Shown here piece after piece: positions 12,717-22,977 of a DNA stretch of 64,000 nucleotides. This DNA comes from an uncultured Chloroflexia bacterium. Lineage in GTDB: Bacteria > Chloroflexota > Chloroflexia > Thermomicrobiales > UBA6265. The DNA lies in NCBI GenBank assembly GCA_963724295.1, contig CAVRUC010000007.1, positions 1-64,000 on the forward strand, in the 5' to 3' direction. The translations under genes were made by a program, and so were the position numbers. The notes beneath the pieces were generated by a model that saw only the letters and a program-made list of their open reading frames with translations, did no database searches and had not been told where the DNA came from. Numbering within the stretch: the stretch's first letter is position 1; each line of letters begins with the position of its first letter.

Positions 12717-14087
12717 GTGGCCAAAGTCAAGACGAGTTTCATCTGCCAGCAGTGCGGGGTGTCGAGCCATGCCTACCTCGGCCGCTGCCCTGGTTGCGGC
12801 GCCTGGAATTCGATGATCGAAACCATCGAGGAGCGGCCGCAACCGGCACGAGCTGCGGCGCGGCGCCCAGCCGAGCTGCCCCAACCGTTGACGGCACTCG
12901 GAGCAACCGCAATCGAGCGAATTCCCGTCCCGATCTCCGAGCTGGATCGTGTCCTTGGTGGGGGCTTGGTGCCGGGAACATTGGTGCTCATCGGGGGGGA
13001 CCCGGGTATTGGCAAGTCGACACTGGTGCTCCAGGCGGCCGCGGCACTGGCCGACGTCAAGGGTCCGGTGCTTTACGTGTCGGCGGAGGAGTCGGCGCAA
13101 CAGATCAGACTCCGTGCCGATCGGCTCGGAGTCCGCTCCGGCGACGTGCTGGTGCTCTCCGGCACGGATCTCGACGAGATCCTGGCGAGCGCCAATGCCG
13201 TGTCTCCGTCCCTGCTGATCGTCGATTCAATTCAAACTGTGTCCGTCGATGAAATCACCTCGGCGGCCGGGAGCGTCTCTCAGGTCAGGGAATGTACCGC
13301 ACGCCTCATGCAATGGGGAAAGAGCCGTGATATTCCCATCTTCATCATCGGCCACGTGACGAAAGAAGGCGCCATCGCTGGCCCCAGAGTCCTCGAGCAC
13401 ATGGTCGATGCCGTTCTCTACCTCGAAGGCGAACGACACGGGCACTTCCGGGTACTGCGGGCGGTCAAGAACCGGTTTGGCTCAACTGACGAAGTCGGCG
13501 TTTTCGAGATGGCTGAGTCCGGATTACGAGAAGTTGCCAATCCTTCGGAAGCGTTTCTCGAGGAACGGAACGACAACGCCACGGGCTCGAGTGTCGCCGT
13601 GACCGTTGAAGGGACCCGACCTATTCTCGTCGAAGTGCAGGCCCTGACCACTCCATCGGCATTCGGGTTGCCAAGACGAAGTGCGAATGGTCTTGACACC
13701 GGGCGCCTGCAGCTGCTCGTCGCCGTGCTGCAGAAACGGGTCGGGCTGGGCCTCGGCGGCCAGGATATCTATGCCAATGTCGTCGGCGGCATGCGCATCG
13801 GAGAGCCGGCGGCTGACCTCTCGATCGCCCTGGCCATCGCCTCGAGCTTTCGCGATCGTCCGATCGACTCACGGCTTGTGGCCATCGGTGAGATCGGACT
13901 CTCCGGCGAGCTTCGGTCTGTCAGCCAAGTCGAGCGCCGGCTCAGCGAGGCAAGGCGGCTTGGCTTCGACAAGGCGGTCATTCCAGCCTCGTCAGCGAAG
14001 CGCGGCACGACAGACGTTGCCGGGTTGAAAGTCATTCGCGCGGACACTGTCGCGGAAGCGATTGATGTCGGCATAACGTCCGAATAA
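12717..14087 (+). CDS. radA: DNA repair protein RadA/Sms
   Basis: C4 zinc finger CQQCG...CPGCG, GGDPGIGKST, KNRFG. Confidence 0.96.
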   Translation: MAKVKTSFICQQCGVSSHAYLGRCPGCGAWNSMIETIEERPQPARAAARRPAELPQPLTALGATAIERIPVPISELDRVLGGGLVPGTLVLIGGDPGIGKSTLVLQAAAALADVKGPVLYVSAEESAQQIRLRADRLGVRSGDVLVLSGTDLDEILASANAVSPSLLIVDSIQTVSVDEITSAAGSVSQVRECTARLMQWGKSRDIPIFIIGHVTKEGAIAGPRVLEHMVDAVLYLEGERHGHFRVLRAVKNRFGSTDEVGVFEMAESGLREVANPSEAFLEERNDNATGSSVAVTVEGTRPILVEVQALTTPSAFGLPRRSANGLDTGRLQLLVAVLQKRVGLGLGGQDIYANVVGGMRIGEPAADLSIALAIASSFRDRPIDSRLVAIGEIGLSGELRSVSQVERRLSEARRLGFDKAVIPASSAKRGTTDVAGLKVIRADTVAEAIDVGITSE

Positions 14088-14097
14088 CGATCCGATG

Positions 14098-15231
14098 CTA
14101 TCGCGCTAGCGAAAGTAGCTCGTCGGCCAGCCGTGCGGCGGCGTCGGGTCGCGCCACAGCCTGAGCCGCTTTCGCCATCCGAGCGCGACGCTCGGGGTTG
14201 TCCAGGAGCCCCACGATTTCCGTCCGCAATCGATCTGGCGTTGCGTCCTGTTGCTCGATGACGATCGCGGCGCCTGCGTCCCCGAGCACTTGAGCATTGC
14301 GTGCTTGCTCATCACCGCGCGCACCGGGAAGCGGGACGAGGATAGAAGGCAAGCCAACGTATGCGAGCTCCGCGATCGTTCCCGCCCCGGCTCGGCCAAC
14401 GACCAGGTCGGCGGCGGCGTACACGTCGGGTAGCTCATCACCCAGAAACTCGACGACCTTGTATCGATGGCGAACGGCTTCCGGGAGCGATTCTCTCCGT
14501 TGCGCCAGATCGCTAGCATCCGGATTCGCGCTGAGCGGACCGGTCTGATGAACGATCTGCGCCCGATCGAGAATGTCTGGAAGCAGCGCGCCAATCCGCT
14601 GATTGATCGGGCTGGCGCCGCGCGCACCACCGGTGACATAGACAACCGGAAAATAGTCGCTGAACCCAAGGACTCGCAGACCGCGGGACCGGTCACCAAC
14701 TGACAGCCCGGCGCGAATGGGGTTGCCGGTCACCACAACGCGACGGTGGAGGCGTGATGCGAGTGACTCTGTGCGGAGGTGCGAGACGGCCAGGACATCG
14801 GCGAACCTCGCGTTGATGCGGTTGGCTAATCCGAGGATCGCCGTCTGCTCGTGTGTCAGCACTGGTGCGATGCCGCGGGCGGCGACGACGGCCGGGACAC
14901 TGACGAAGCCGCCGGTGCTAAGGATGACATCTGGACGGAACGCGGCCAGCGCCCGCCGCGCTGACAGCACACCGAGGGGAACGCGCGCGGCGTCGGTAAA
15001 ATTTCGAACTGACAGGTAGCGACGGAGTTTCCCGGTTGGTATGACGATGAAGTGAATGCCGGCGTCTTCCGCCGCCCGTCGCTCAACTCCCTCCCGACTA
15101 CCAATCCAGACCAGGTCCGCCAGGGCGCCGCGACGCCGCAATTCTTCGATGACGGCCAGGGCTGGCAAGACATGGCCGCCCGTACCCCCTCCGGTAATCG
15201 CCAGGCGCAACCCTTGACTTGTACCGACCAC
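14098..15231 (-). CDS. murG: Lipid I GlcNAc transferase MurG
   Basis: GGGTGGHV, TGKLRRY, HEQ, TGNPIR, RAGAGTIAE, EQARNA. Confidence 0.93.
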   Translation of the reverse strand: MVGTSQGLRLAITGGGTGGHVLPALAVIEELRRRGALADLVWIGSREGVERRAAEDAGIHFIVIPTGKLRRYLSVRNFTDAARVPLGVLSARRALAAFRPDVILSTGGFVSVPAVVAARGIAPVLTHEQTAILGLANRINARFADVLAVSHLRTESLASRLHRRVVVTGNPIRAGLSVGDRSRGLRVLGFSDYFPVVYVTGGARGASPINQRIGALLPDILDRAQIVHQTGPLSANPDASDLAQRRESLPEAVRHRYKVVEFLGDELPDVYAAADLVVGRAGAGTIAELAYVGLPSILVPLPGARGDEQARNAQVLGDAGAAIVIEQQDATPDRLRTEIVGLLDNPERRARMAKAAQAVARPDAAARLADELLSLAR

Positions 15232-15409
15232 AACCGAAACTCCTTACACTCTGATCCGGGGCGGAGTATAGAAGTGCCCTGCCGCTGGCACCGATCTGGC
15301 AAGGAAATCCGGCCGCTGCGGTGATACCATCGGCGCCGGGTCAGGAGCCCTACGTCGATGATCGAGGCGGCGGGGTTTGGTAGGGTGCGGCGGTCAGCGG
15401 AGGCTAGAG

Positions 15410-15799
15410 ATGAACAAACGACAGCGGGAGACCCTTCGCAAGCGTCTCGAAGAGCGCCGGTCAGAGATCGAAAGCGACATGTCGTACATGGCGGCGGAGA
15501 TGCGATCGATCGGTGTTGACCAGGATGAGGAAAATGGCAGCCTGGGGAACCACATTGCCGACGACGGATCGAATGTGGCTGAAGCCGAGCGCATTGTCAC
15601 GGTCTCTGAAGACATACAGCAAATTCTTGCCCAGGTCAACGCGGCGCTGGAGCGGATGAACGAGGGAACCTACGGCACTTGCCAGCGTTGCGGGAAACCG
15701 GTCGGCGAAGAGCGGCTCGAAGCGTTTCCATATGTGGCCTACTGCATCGAGTGCCAGTCCATCATCGAGCGCGAGCAGGCGCTCTATGCCGGAGCGTAG
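15410..15799 (+). CDS. TraR/DksA-family C4 zinc-finger protein
   Basis: Coiled coil with NHIAD, then GTYGTCQRCG...ERLEAFP...CIEC. Confidence 0.9.
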   Translation: MNKRQRETLRKRLEERRSEIESDMSYMAAEMRSIGVDQDEENGSLGNHIADDGSNVAEAERIVTVSEDIQQILAQVNAALERMNEGTYGTCQRCGKPVGEERLEAFPYVAYCIECQSIIEREQALYAGA

Positions 15800-16286
15800 C
15801 GACGCGATCAGATTGGTTGCGGTCACGACCTCCGTCACTGTAATCGACCAACTGACGAAATTTCTGCTCGCCTCGACGATCGACTCCCAGCGAATCGCGT
15901 CGCGGGTGGAGATTGTCGATAGCTGGCTTGCGTTGGAATACACGGAAAACCGTGGCGCCGCATTTGGTCTGTTCTCCGGTCTCGCACCAATTCTGGCCGG
16001 GGTATCCATAGCAATCCTGGCGGCACTTCTCTGGCACTTTCTTCGCCAGGTACGACCTCCGCTCTGGCAAACGGTCGCGACTGGCGCAATCGCTGGTGGC
16101 GCGATCGGCAATCTCATCGACCGAATCAGACTCGGATATGTGATTGATTTTGTGTCGGTCGGACCTTGGCCCAATTTCAATGTTGCTGATAGCGCGATCA
16201 CGGTCGGCGTTCTGGTTCTCGTGTGGGGCATGACGCGGCCGCAATCAGGCCTCGGCATTGCGCGGCCAATTGACCAGGGAACGTGA
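15786..16286 (+). CDS. lspA: Lipoprotein signal peptidase II
   Basis: DQLTK, NRGAAFG, GGAIGNLIDR, VIDF, FNVAD. Confidence 0.94.
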   Translation: MPERSDAIRLVAVTTSVTVIDQLTKFLLASTIDSQRIASRVEIVDSWLALEYTENRGAAFGLFSGLAPILAGVSIAILAALLWHFLRQVRPPLWQTVATGAIAGGAIGNLIDRIRLGYVIDFVSVGPWPNFNVADSAITVGVLVLVWGMTRPQSGLGIARPIDQGT

Positions 16287-17251
16287 TGGCAGATGGCTTC
16301 ACGACCTCACCTGCTGAAGAGGAAAGCGAGGGGCTCGTCGAGCTTCATCCAGCACGCGCCGATCTCGGCACGCGCCTGGATCGGTACGTGGCGGATCAAC
16401 TGCCCGACCTGAGCCGGGGTACCGTTCAGGCACTCATCGAGGCTGGGCGCGTGCTCGTCGATGGTCAACAGCGAAAACCAAAGTTCCGCATGACGCCGGG
16501 CGAAGTCGTGTCGGTAGAGATTCCGCCTCCCCAGATCGACGAGATTCTTCCCGATCCAATCCCGCTGACAATTGTCTACGAGGACCCGGATGTCATCGTG
16601 GTTGACAAGCCTGCCGGTATGGTGGTTCATCCCGCTCCAGGGCACCCACGCGGGACACTTGCAAACGCGCTCCTGGCCCATGTCCCCGGCATCTCCGTTG
16701 GCGGATCGCAGCGGCCGGGAATCGTCCATCGCCTCGACAAGGACACTTCCGGGCTGATCGTTGCCGCAAAGACGGACAGGGGCCGTACGGGACTGGTTTC
16801 GCAGTGGGAAGACCGTTCGGTTGAAAAGACCTATCTCGCCCTGGTTGCAGGTTCCGTCGCCGACGAGGAGGCGACGATTGACGCGCCGATCGGACGCGAT
16901 CCAAAGAACCGGCAGCGGATGGCCGTCCTGCGGTCCGGGCGGCCGGCGGTGACGCGATTCCGCGTTGTCGAGCGATTTCCGAACGCCACATTGCTCGAGG
17001 TCTCGATCGAAACCGGCCGCACGCACCAGATTCGGGTCCATCTGGCCTTCATCGGCCATCCAATTGTTGGTGACCAGGTGTACGGGAGACCGCGTCCGAC
17101 AGATCCCAAACTCGATCGCCAGTTTCTGCATGCCAGTGCGCTTGCGTTTCAATTACCGGGCGGCGGCGCGCTGCGGCTCGAGGCGCCACTCCCGGCTGAC
17201 TTGCTGACCGCGTTGGAGCAACTCCGTGCTGGATCCAAGTCTTCGGCCTGA
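16283..17251 (+). CDS. rluD: RluA/RluD-family pseudouridine synthase with S4 domain
   Basis: RLDRYV, VDKPAGMVVHP, HRLDKDTSG, TGRTHQIRVH, GDQVYG. Confidence 0.9.
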   Translation: MMADGFTTSPAEEESEGLVELHPARADLGTRLDRYVADQLPDLSRGTVQALIEAGRVLVDGQQRKPKFRMTPGEVVSVEIPPPQIDEILPDPIPLTIVYEDPDVIVVDKPAGMVVHPAPGHPRGTLANALLAHVPGISVGGSQRPGIVHRLDKDTSGLIVAAKTDRGRTGLVSQWEDRSVEKTYLALVAGSVADEEATIDAPIGRDPKNRQRMAVLRSGRPAVTRFRVVERFPNATLLEVSIETGRTHQIRVHLAFIGHPIVGDQVYGRPRPTDPKLDRQFLHASALAFQLPGGGALRLEAPLPADLLTALEQLRAGSKSSA

Positions 17252-18602
17252 TGCGCCTGAGACCAGTGCCCATTGCGTGCATCTTGGTCGCGCCCGGATT
17301 CGCGAGCTCTTCGCCGCGGCACTCGAGGCGGTCGAGCCGGCGCGCGCGGTGCGCAATACACTCGACTGGCGAGACGGTTGCCTGATCATTGGAGATAACG
17401 CCGTGCCAGACGCCAAGCGCGTCCATGTGGTTGCGGTCGGCAAAGCAGCCGTTGCGATGACGCGAGGCGCCCTCGAGGCAGTAAACGGGATCATCGTCAC
17501 GGGGGATGTCATCACCAAGGAGGGTCACGCCGCAGCGCCGCTCCCGCCGAACTTGCGGGTGCACGAAGCTGGACACCCCATTCCGGACGAACGTGGGGTG
17601 AATGCAACCAACCTGGCGATCTCGTCGTTGAACCGGCTCGACGAGGATGTCGTCGTCCTGGCGCTCGTTTCTGGGGGTGGATCAGCTTTGCTAGAGGCGC
17701 CCCGTGATGGGCTGACGCTTGCGGATCTCGCCCGCACAACTGATCTCTTGTTGCGCGCCGGGGCGCCGATCGAAGCCATGAACGCCGTGCGCGCTCCCCT
17801 AAGCCGGGTCAAGGCCGGTGGGCTGCGCGCCGCCGCTCCGAGATGCGCCTGGATCACGCTGATCTTGTCCGACGTCCTTGGCAACGATCCCCGCGTCATC
17901 GCTAGTGGGCCGACAGTGCCTGGACGCCGTGATCCGCGCCTTGCCCTCGAGGTCATCGAGCGTTACGGAGTAGAGCAGCAAGTTCCGGGTTCAGTTCTTG
18001 CCGCGTTAGAGATTGGCTCGGCGGAGCCAGAGTTTCAACGGATGAACGACGACGTTCTGCTCGTCATCGGCGACAATGCCGCGGCTGTTGAGGCAGCGGC
18101 AAGAAGGGCCGGTGCGCTCGGTCTGGAGTGCCGGATCGTCTGGCAGGCGGCGCAGGGTGAGGCTGCCGAGCTGGGACGCGAATACGTCTCGGTGGTCTCG
18201 GACATGCCGGACTCAGTCGACGTTGTTCTCGGAGGTGGAGAGGCAACGGTAACCGTGCGAGGCGATGGGCGTGGCGGCCGCAACTCGGAGTTTGCGCTCG
18301 CGGCTGCTCTCGAGCTGGAGCGCCGACAGATCTCGAACTGGGTGATTGCCAGCCTGGGCACCGATGGTCAGGATGCGATGACGGGACTTGCCGGGGCGAT
18401 TGCCGACGCAGGGACCGCTCGGCGAGCGCGGGACGCCGGGGTAGATCCGGTACGCGCGCTGGCGGGAAACGACAGTCTGCGCGTCTTTGAGGTATCGGGA
18501 GGTGCCGTCCAGACGGGCCCCACTGGCACGAATGTCAATGACGTCTACATCGCGGTGCGAGAGAAGAACCGTCCGGAAAGCGCAAGCGGGAGAGGAAACT
18601 GA
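17226..18602 (+). CDS. Glycerate 2-kinase (DUF4147 + MOFRL)
   Basis: GKAA, GHPIPD, SGGGSAL, LSDV, GGEATV, GGRNSE, GTDGQD, TGTNVND. Confidence 0.9.
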   Translation: MLDPSLRPDAPETSAHCVHLGRARIRELFAAALEAVEPARAVRNTLDWRDGCLIIGDNAVPDAKRVHVVAVGKAAVAMTRGALEAVNGIIVTGDVITKEGHAAAPLPPNLRVHEAGHPIPDERGVNATNLAISSLNRLDEDVVVLALVSGGGSALLEAPRDGLTLADLARTTDLLLRAGAPIEAMNAVRAPLSRVKAGGLRAAAPRCAWITLILSDVLGNDPRVIASGPTVPGRRDPRLALEVIERYGVEQQVPGSVLAALEIGSAEPEFQRMNDDVLLVIGDNAAAVEAAARRAGALGLECRIVWQAAQGEAAELGREYVSVVSDMPDSVDVVLGGGEATVTVRGDGRGGRNSEFALAAALELERRQISNWVIASLGTDGQDAMTGLAGAIADAGTARRARDAGVDPVRALAGNDSLRVFEVSGGAVQTGPTGTNVNDVYIAVREKNRPESASGRGN

Positions 18603-18604
18603 CG

Positions 18605-20329
18605 ATGCAAGGGGCACGAGCGCTGGTCGATGTTCTCGCCGGATCCGGCGTTCAGCATGTGTTCGGACTTCCCGGCGACACCGGCATGGCGTTTTACGAC
18701 GCCCTCCGCGATGTTAGGGAGTCGATCGAACACGTGATGACCAGGGATGAGCGATCGGCATCGTTCATGGCCGACGTGTACGCCCGGGTGAGCGGGCGGC
18801 TCGGAGTCTGCGAAGGTCCAAGTGGAGGCGGCGCCACGTACATCCTGCCCGGTGTCGCCGAGGCGCAGGGCTCAGCGATCCCGCTGCTCTGCCTGACTTC
18901 CGACACGCCGGTCGACCAACACGGACGCGGTGTCCTCACCGAGTTGGACCAGGAGAGCCTCTTTCGGTCGGTCACCAAATGGAATACCCGAGTCAGCTCA
19001 GCGGCGACGATGGCGGAGGCCGCCCGCCGTGCGATCCGCATGGCGACTGCTGGCCGGCCCGGCGCGACGCATTTGTCGCTGCCCACCGACTCCCTGGAGG
19101 GAGAAACCCCGGACTCATCCGTTTACGGCGTCCCAGATCTAGGGGCGGCTCCAGCATTGCGGATCGTTCCCGAGCAGGCACTGGTCGAGCGTGCCGCGGC
19201 CCAGCTGGCCGCGGCTTCACGCCCCGTGATTGTGGCTGGAGGAGGCGTGCTGACCTCCGGAGCGTGGAACGAGCTCAGCCTTCTGGCGGAAACGCTGAAC
19301 ATACCGGTCGCCACTTCGATCAATGGCAAGGGCAGCATTGCCGAGACGAGCGACGTTGCGATCGGCGTTATCGGTGGCAATGGGGCGCGGCCATATGCAA
19401 ATGCCTGTTTGGCCGACGCCGATCTCGTGCTCTACGTCGGATCTCGAACTGATTCCACGACGACCTGCCACTGGACGCTGCCGCCGATTGGCAGCCCTCC
19501 AAACATCATTCAGGTAGACATCGAGGCGTTCGAGGTCGGTAATAACTACCCGTTGCTCGTCGGCCTCATCGGTGACGCCAGATTGACCCTTGCCGCGCTT
19601 CTGGAGGCGATCTCTCGCCCGGATGCCGTTGCCGCTCGTAACCAGCCTCGCATCGCCCAGCTGCGTAATGAGCGGCGTCTCTACTGGAATCAGGTCGAGC
19701 AGCAGTCGGCAGAACGTGCCCGACCCATCAAGCCGGCGCAAGTTGTGCGGGCGATGCGAAATGCGCTGGATGACGACGCGATCATCGTTGCCGACCCGGG
19801 CACGCCGACCCCGTTCTTGAGCGCCCAGTATGAACTTCGACGCCCAGGGCGGACGACGGTTATTCCGCGCGCCCATGGAGGGCTCGGCTATGCGATCCCT
19901 GGCGTGGTGGGCGCGTGGTATGCGGGAGAGGGCCGGCGCGTGGTCGGTATGACGGGTGACGGGAGCTTCGGCATGTCGGTCGGTGAACTGGAAACCATCA
20001 CTCGGCTTGGTTTGCCGATCGTAATCATCCAGTGCTCGAATGGCACGTTTGGTTGGATAAAGGAGCTCCAGCACCTCTATCACGACGATCGTTACTTCGG
20101 TGTCGATTTCAATCCCGTCGATTACGCCATGATCGCGCGCGGGTTCGGCTTTCGCGCCGCTCACGTGACCGATCCCGAGGATGTGGAGCGTGCGGTTCGC
20201 GAAGCCCTCGCGGATGGCCGGCCATATTTCCTCGATATCGTTACGGAGTCGCCGGTAACGGAAACACCGCCGGTGGCGGCCTGGACTGCCGCCGAGGCCG
20301 AGCGGCCGGTTCCGGCCGGGGAGCGATGA
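18605..20329 (+). CDS. Thiamine-pyrophosphate enzyme, acetolactate-synthase-like
   Basis: VFGLPG, RDERSASFMAD, GDGSFGM...N TPP-binding motif. Confidence 0.88.
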   Translation: MQGARALVDVLAGSGVQHVFGLPGDTGMAFYDALRDVRESIEHVMTRDERSASFMADVYARVSGRLGVCEGPSGGGATYILPGVAEAQGSAIPLLCLTSDTPVDQHGRGVLTELDQESLFRSVTKWNTRVSSAATMAEAARRAIRMATAGRPGATHLSLPTDSLEGETPDSSVYGVPDLGAAPALRIVPEQALVERAAAQLAAASRPVIVAGGGVLTSGAWNELSLLAETLNIPVATSINGKGSIAETSDVAIGVIGGNGARPYANACLADADLVLYVGSRTDSTTTCHWTLPPIGSPPNIIQVDIEAFEVGNNYPLLVGLIGDARLTLAALLEAISRPDAVAARNQPRIAQLRNERRLYWNQVEQQSAERARPIKPAQVVRAMRNALDDDAIIVADPGTPTPFLSAQYELRRPGRTTVIPRAHGGLGYAIPGVVGAWYAGEGRRVVGMTGDGSFGMSVGELETITRLGLPIVIIQCSNGTFGWIKELQHLYHDDRYFGVDFNPVDYAMIARGFGFRAAHVTDPEDVERAVREALADGRPYFLDIVTESPVTETPPVAAWTAAEAERPVPAGER

Positions 20330-21249
20330 TGAGCGATCGCCTGCCCGTCGTTCTCGATGTAGATACGGGAACTGACGATGCGTTAGCCCTGGCCTATGCC
20401 GTTGCATCCCCCCGGATCGAGCTTGTCGCCGTCAGCACCGTCGCCGGCAACGTCGATGTAGAAAAAACGACGGCGAACACACTCTCGGTCCTTGACTGGC
20501 TTGGGGCAGAAGATGTTCCCGTGCACCGAGGCGCCAGCCGTCCGCTCGTGCGGCCGCATCGGGATGCAAGCTATTTCCACGACGAAGGGGGTCTCGGGGG
20601 GGCGCAACTTCCGGCGTCTACACGCGCCGTCGGGGCGGATCGAGGACCGGCGGCGATCATTCGGCTTGCTCGCCAGCGCCCGGGAGAACTGACCCTGGTG
20701 GCGCTCGGTCCTCTAACAAATGTGGCGATAGCCCTCAACGTCGAACCCAGGCTGCCCGAGCTGTTGAAGTCAGTGGTCATTATGGGCGGGGCATTTGCCG
20801 TTCCTGGAAACACAACACCGGCGGCAGAGTTCAATATCCTTGTCGATCCCGAAGCCGCTGATCAGGTCTTTAGCGCTCCGTTTCCAACCATGACCGCGGT
20901 TGGGCTCGACGTGACCCAGCAGGTCGCACTGACCCGAGGCGATTGGGACGCCGTGAATGCCGACTCGACCCTTCCTCGCCCGGCGAGTCTTCTGCGTGAG
21001 GTGGGCAAATCCGCATTCTCAAAGCTGGGTCGGGACCAGTTCTCACTGCACGATCCGCTCTCGGTTGCGGTTGCGATCGATCCAACGTTGATTGCGATCC
21101 GAGAGTTGGCAATTTTCGTGGATACCGTCGAACCGGAACTAGGACGAACGCGGATCGCGGGACCTGGCAACGTGCGCGTTGCCGCGTCTGTTGACTCCGA
21201 GCGAGCTCTCGAAGACTTCCGGCGCACTGTTGGCCTCCCCCTTGCATAA
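20326..21249 (+). CDS. Nucleoside hydrolase (IUNH family)
   Basis: DVDTGTDDALAL, LGPLTN, AEFN, GLDVT, LHD. Confidence 0.92.
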   Translation: MMSDRLPVVLDVDTGTDDALALAYAVASPRIELVAVSTVAGNVDVEKTTANTLSVLDWLGAEDVPVHRGASRPLVRPHRDASYFHDEGGLGGAQLPASTRAVGADRGPAAIIRLARQRPGELTLVALGPLTNVAIALNVEPRLPELLKSVVIMGGAFAVPGNTTPAAEFNILVDPEAADQVFSAPFPTMTAVGLDVTQQVALTRGDWDAVNADSTLPRPASLLREVGKSAFSKLGRDQFSLHDPLSVAVAIDPTLIAIRELAIFVDTVEPELGRTRIAGPGNVRVAASVDSERALEDFRRTVGLPLA

Positions 21250-21384
21250 AAGTGGGCATGAAAGGCGACCCAGACTAGCATGGCCAGCATTTTCAGATTG
21301 CAGGTCCATGTGGTATGCAATCCGTTACCATAAGGACGCCCCGTCACGGTTCGTTCCAGACGCCGCGCAAACGGAGAGTCGAGA

Positions 21385-21972
21385 ATGGCCGATAGCGAAT
21401 CCCTCATTGAACAGGCGCCGATACAGGACCGCGACCTCCTGCAACGGATGAGTCTCTATTTCGACGCGGTCGACCACCGGTTGCGACATGGTGAAGGCTG
21501 GCTCATCTTCAACGCCAGCCATCGCCGGGCCCGCCGGATCGCTGGATTCATCCAGCATCGCCTGACGGAGCACACTCCGCCCGTTTCTTATTTTGTGATG
21601 CCGTGGCGGGACTTTGCGCTTAGTGCTTTTGTCACCGAGGTGGGACTGCCGAGCCTGGCCCCGGCGGTGGCGACTGACGCCCGGGCTCGGGCTGAGTTTG
21701 ACCTGGCGGCGCGAGTGACATCGTCAACCTGGACCCGCATGCTGAGCACTGACTTGCTGGTGGTTGAGGGCTGTAAGCCGAGCCAGCGTCACGAGGCTGA
21801 ACTACTCGACCGAACGCTGGAGAACCGGCAATCGCAAAAGCTGGCAACGATCCTCATGACACCTGACATGCCGTCGCAGCTCGAAGCGGATCTCGAGACA
21901 GTCGACCCACACGGACGCTACTGGCATAGTATCTTCGGCCGGATGTACGAGACGGGACTGGTGGCCATGTAG
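21385..21972 (+). CDS. Hypothetical protein with a DnaC/IstB-like AAA+ fold and degenerate Walker motifs
   Basis: GWLIF...DLLVVEG...LENRQSQKLATILMT...SIFGRMYE parallels DnaC GLLLY...DLLILDD...NRY..LPTIITSN...RIxSRLxE (alignment by eye). Confidence 0.55.
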   Translation: MADSESLIEQAPIQDRDLLQRMSLYFDAVDHRLRHGEGWLIFNASHRRARRIAGFIQHRLTEHTPPVSYFVMPWRDFALSAFVTEVGLPSLAPAVATDARARAEFDLAARVTSSTWTRMLSTDLLVVEGCKPSQRHEAELLDRTLENRQSQKLATILMTPDMPSQLEADLETVDPHGRYWHSIFGRMYETGLVAM

Positions 21973-21987
21973 GAGTGCGAGATCCCG

Positions 21988-22977
21988 CTATGCGGACCGC
22001 TTGCACACCACATCAGCAACTTGTTCGAGCATGTCGCGAACCTCTGGATCGGGCGTGGCCGCGACGTGCGTTTTCGACCGATCGGCGAACCCGATCGCTT
22101 CGTCCATTGCCGCTTCCAGGGCGCCGGAATCGCGAATCTCCTTGACCACCCGAGCGACCTCAGCCGGCTCGTCGAGCTCACCGGAAACTACCGACTGAAG
22201 CCGGACAGCAGCGTCGGAATCATCTGTGAGATTCGACGCATAGATGATCGTCGGCAAGGTGACTGTCCCCTGGGTCAGGTCATGCCCGGCGGGTTTACCG
22301 AGCTGGCTTGTACCTTCGCGCAAGTCGAGGACATCATCGACAATCTGGAATGCCATCCCGACATCAGCACCGAAGCGCCGAAGTGCCTGAACGCCAGATT
22401 CGGGAGCGCTTCCGATGACGGCTCCCATTTCAGCCGAACCGGCGAAGAGTGACGCGGTCTTTCCAAAGATCCTCCGCTCATACTCCTCGCGGGACTGATC
22501 GAGACGATGAGCGAAGAACATCTCCCGCAGCTGGCCATCACAAATGTCTGACAGCGTGGACGCGAAAATACTGACGACGCGAGGACTCTGTGTGGCTGCC
22601 GCGAGCATCGCCGACTGGGCGAACAGGAAATCGCCCAGGAGGATGACTGCGCCGGAAGGGAGCACGCTGTTGAGCGTCGGACGTCCTCGCCGCATGCCCG
22701 CGCGATCGACGACGTCGTCGTGAACCAGTGATGCCGTGTGAAGAAGCTCCACTCCCGCTCCAGCGGTTACCAATGTGTCTCGATCATCCCCAAATGCGCG
22801 CCCGGCAAGAAGCAAGACAAGCGGCCGCAGGCGCTTCCCGCCGGCTCGGACGAGGCCGAGGATGAGATTGGCCAGGCCCGGATAGTCGATCCGGACGGCT
22901 TCTTCGAGCTTCGATTGCACCAGGAGCAAGTCCGGCCGCATGGTGGCAAAGACGTCTCGCGTCCGGATATCAACCAT
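21988..22977 (-). CDS. Polyprenyl diphosphate synthase
   Basis: GGKRLRP, LHTASLVHDDVVD, RRGRPT, KTASLF, FQIVDDVLD, GKPAGHD. Confidence 0.92.
   Translation of the reverse strand: MVDIRTRDVFATMRPDLLLVQSKLEEAVRIDYPGLANLILGLVRAGGKRLRPLVLLLAGRAFGDDRDTLVTAGAGVELLHTASLVHDDVVDRAGMRRGRPTLNSVLPSGAVILLGDFLFAQSAMLAAATQSPRVVSIFASTLSDICDGQLREMFFAHRLDQSREEYERRIFGKTASLFAGSAEMGAVIGSAPESGVQALRRFGADVGMAFQIVDDVLDLREGTSQLGKPAGHDLTQGTVTLPTIIYASNLTDDSDAAVRLQSVVSGELDEPAEVARVVKEIRDSGALEAAMDEAIGFADRSKTHVAATPDPEVRDMLEQVADVVCKRSA

Noticed and set aside
18605..20329. Glyoxylate carboligase, suggested by the adjacent glycerate kinase
   Set aside because: It keeps the catalytic Glu (RDER) where Gcl has Val, and no tartronate semialdehyde reductase is adjacent.
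19217..20407. Long antisense ORFs here and at 29444..30340, 53252..54157, 16307..17152
   Set aside because: They lie opposite well-supported genes; expected from GC-rich codon bias.
21385..21972. IS21 element (IstB)
   Set aside because: No istA transposase or terminal inverted repeats, and the Walker motifs are lost.
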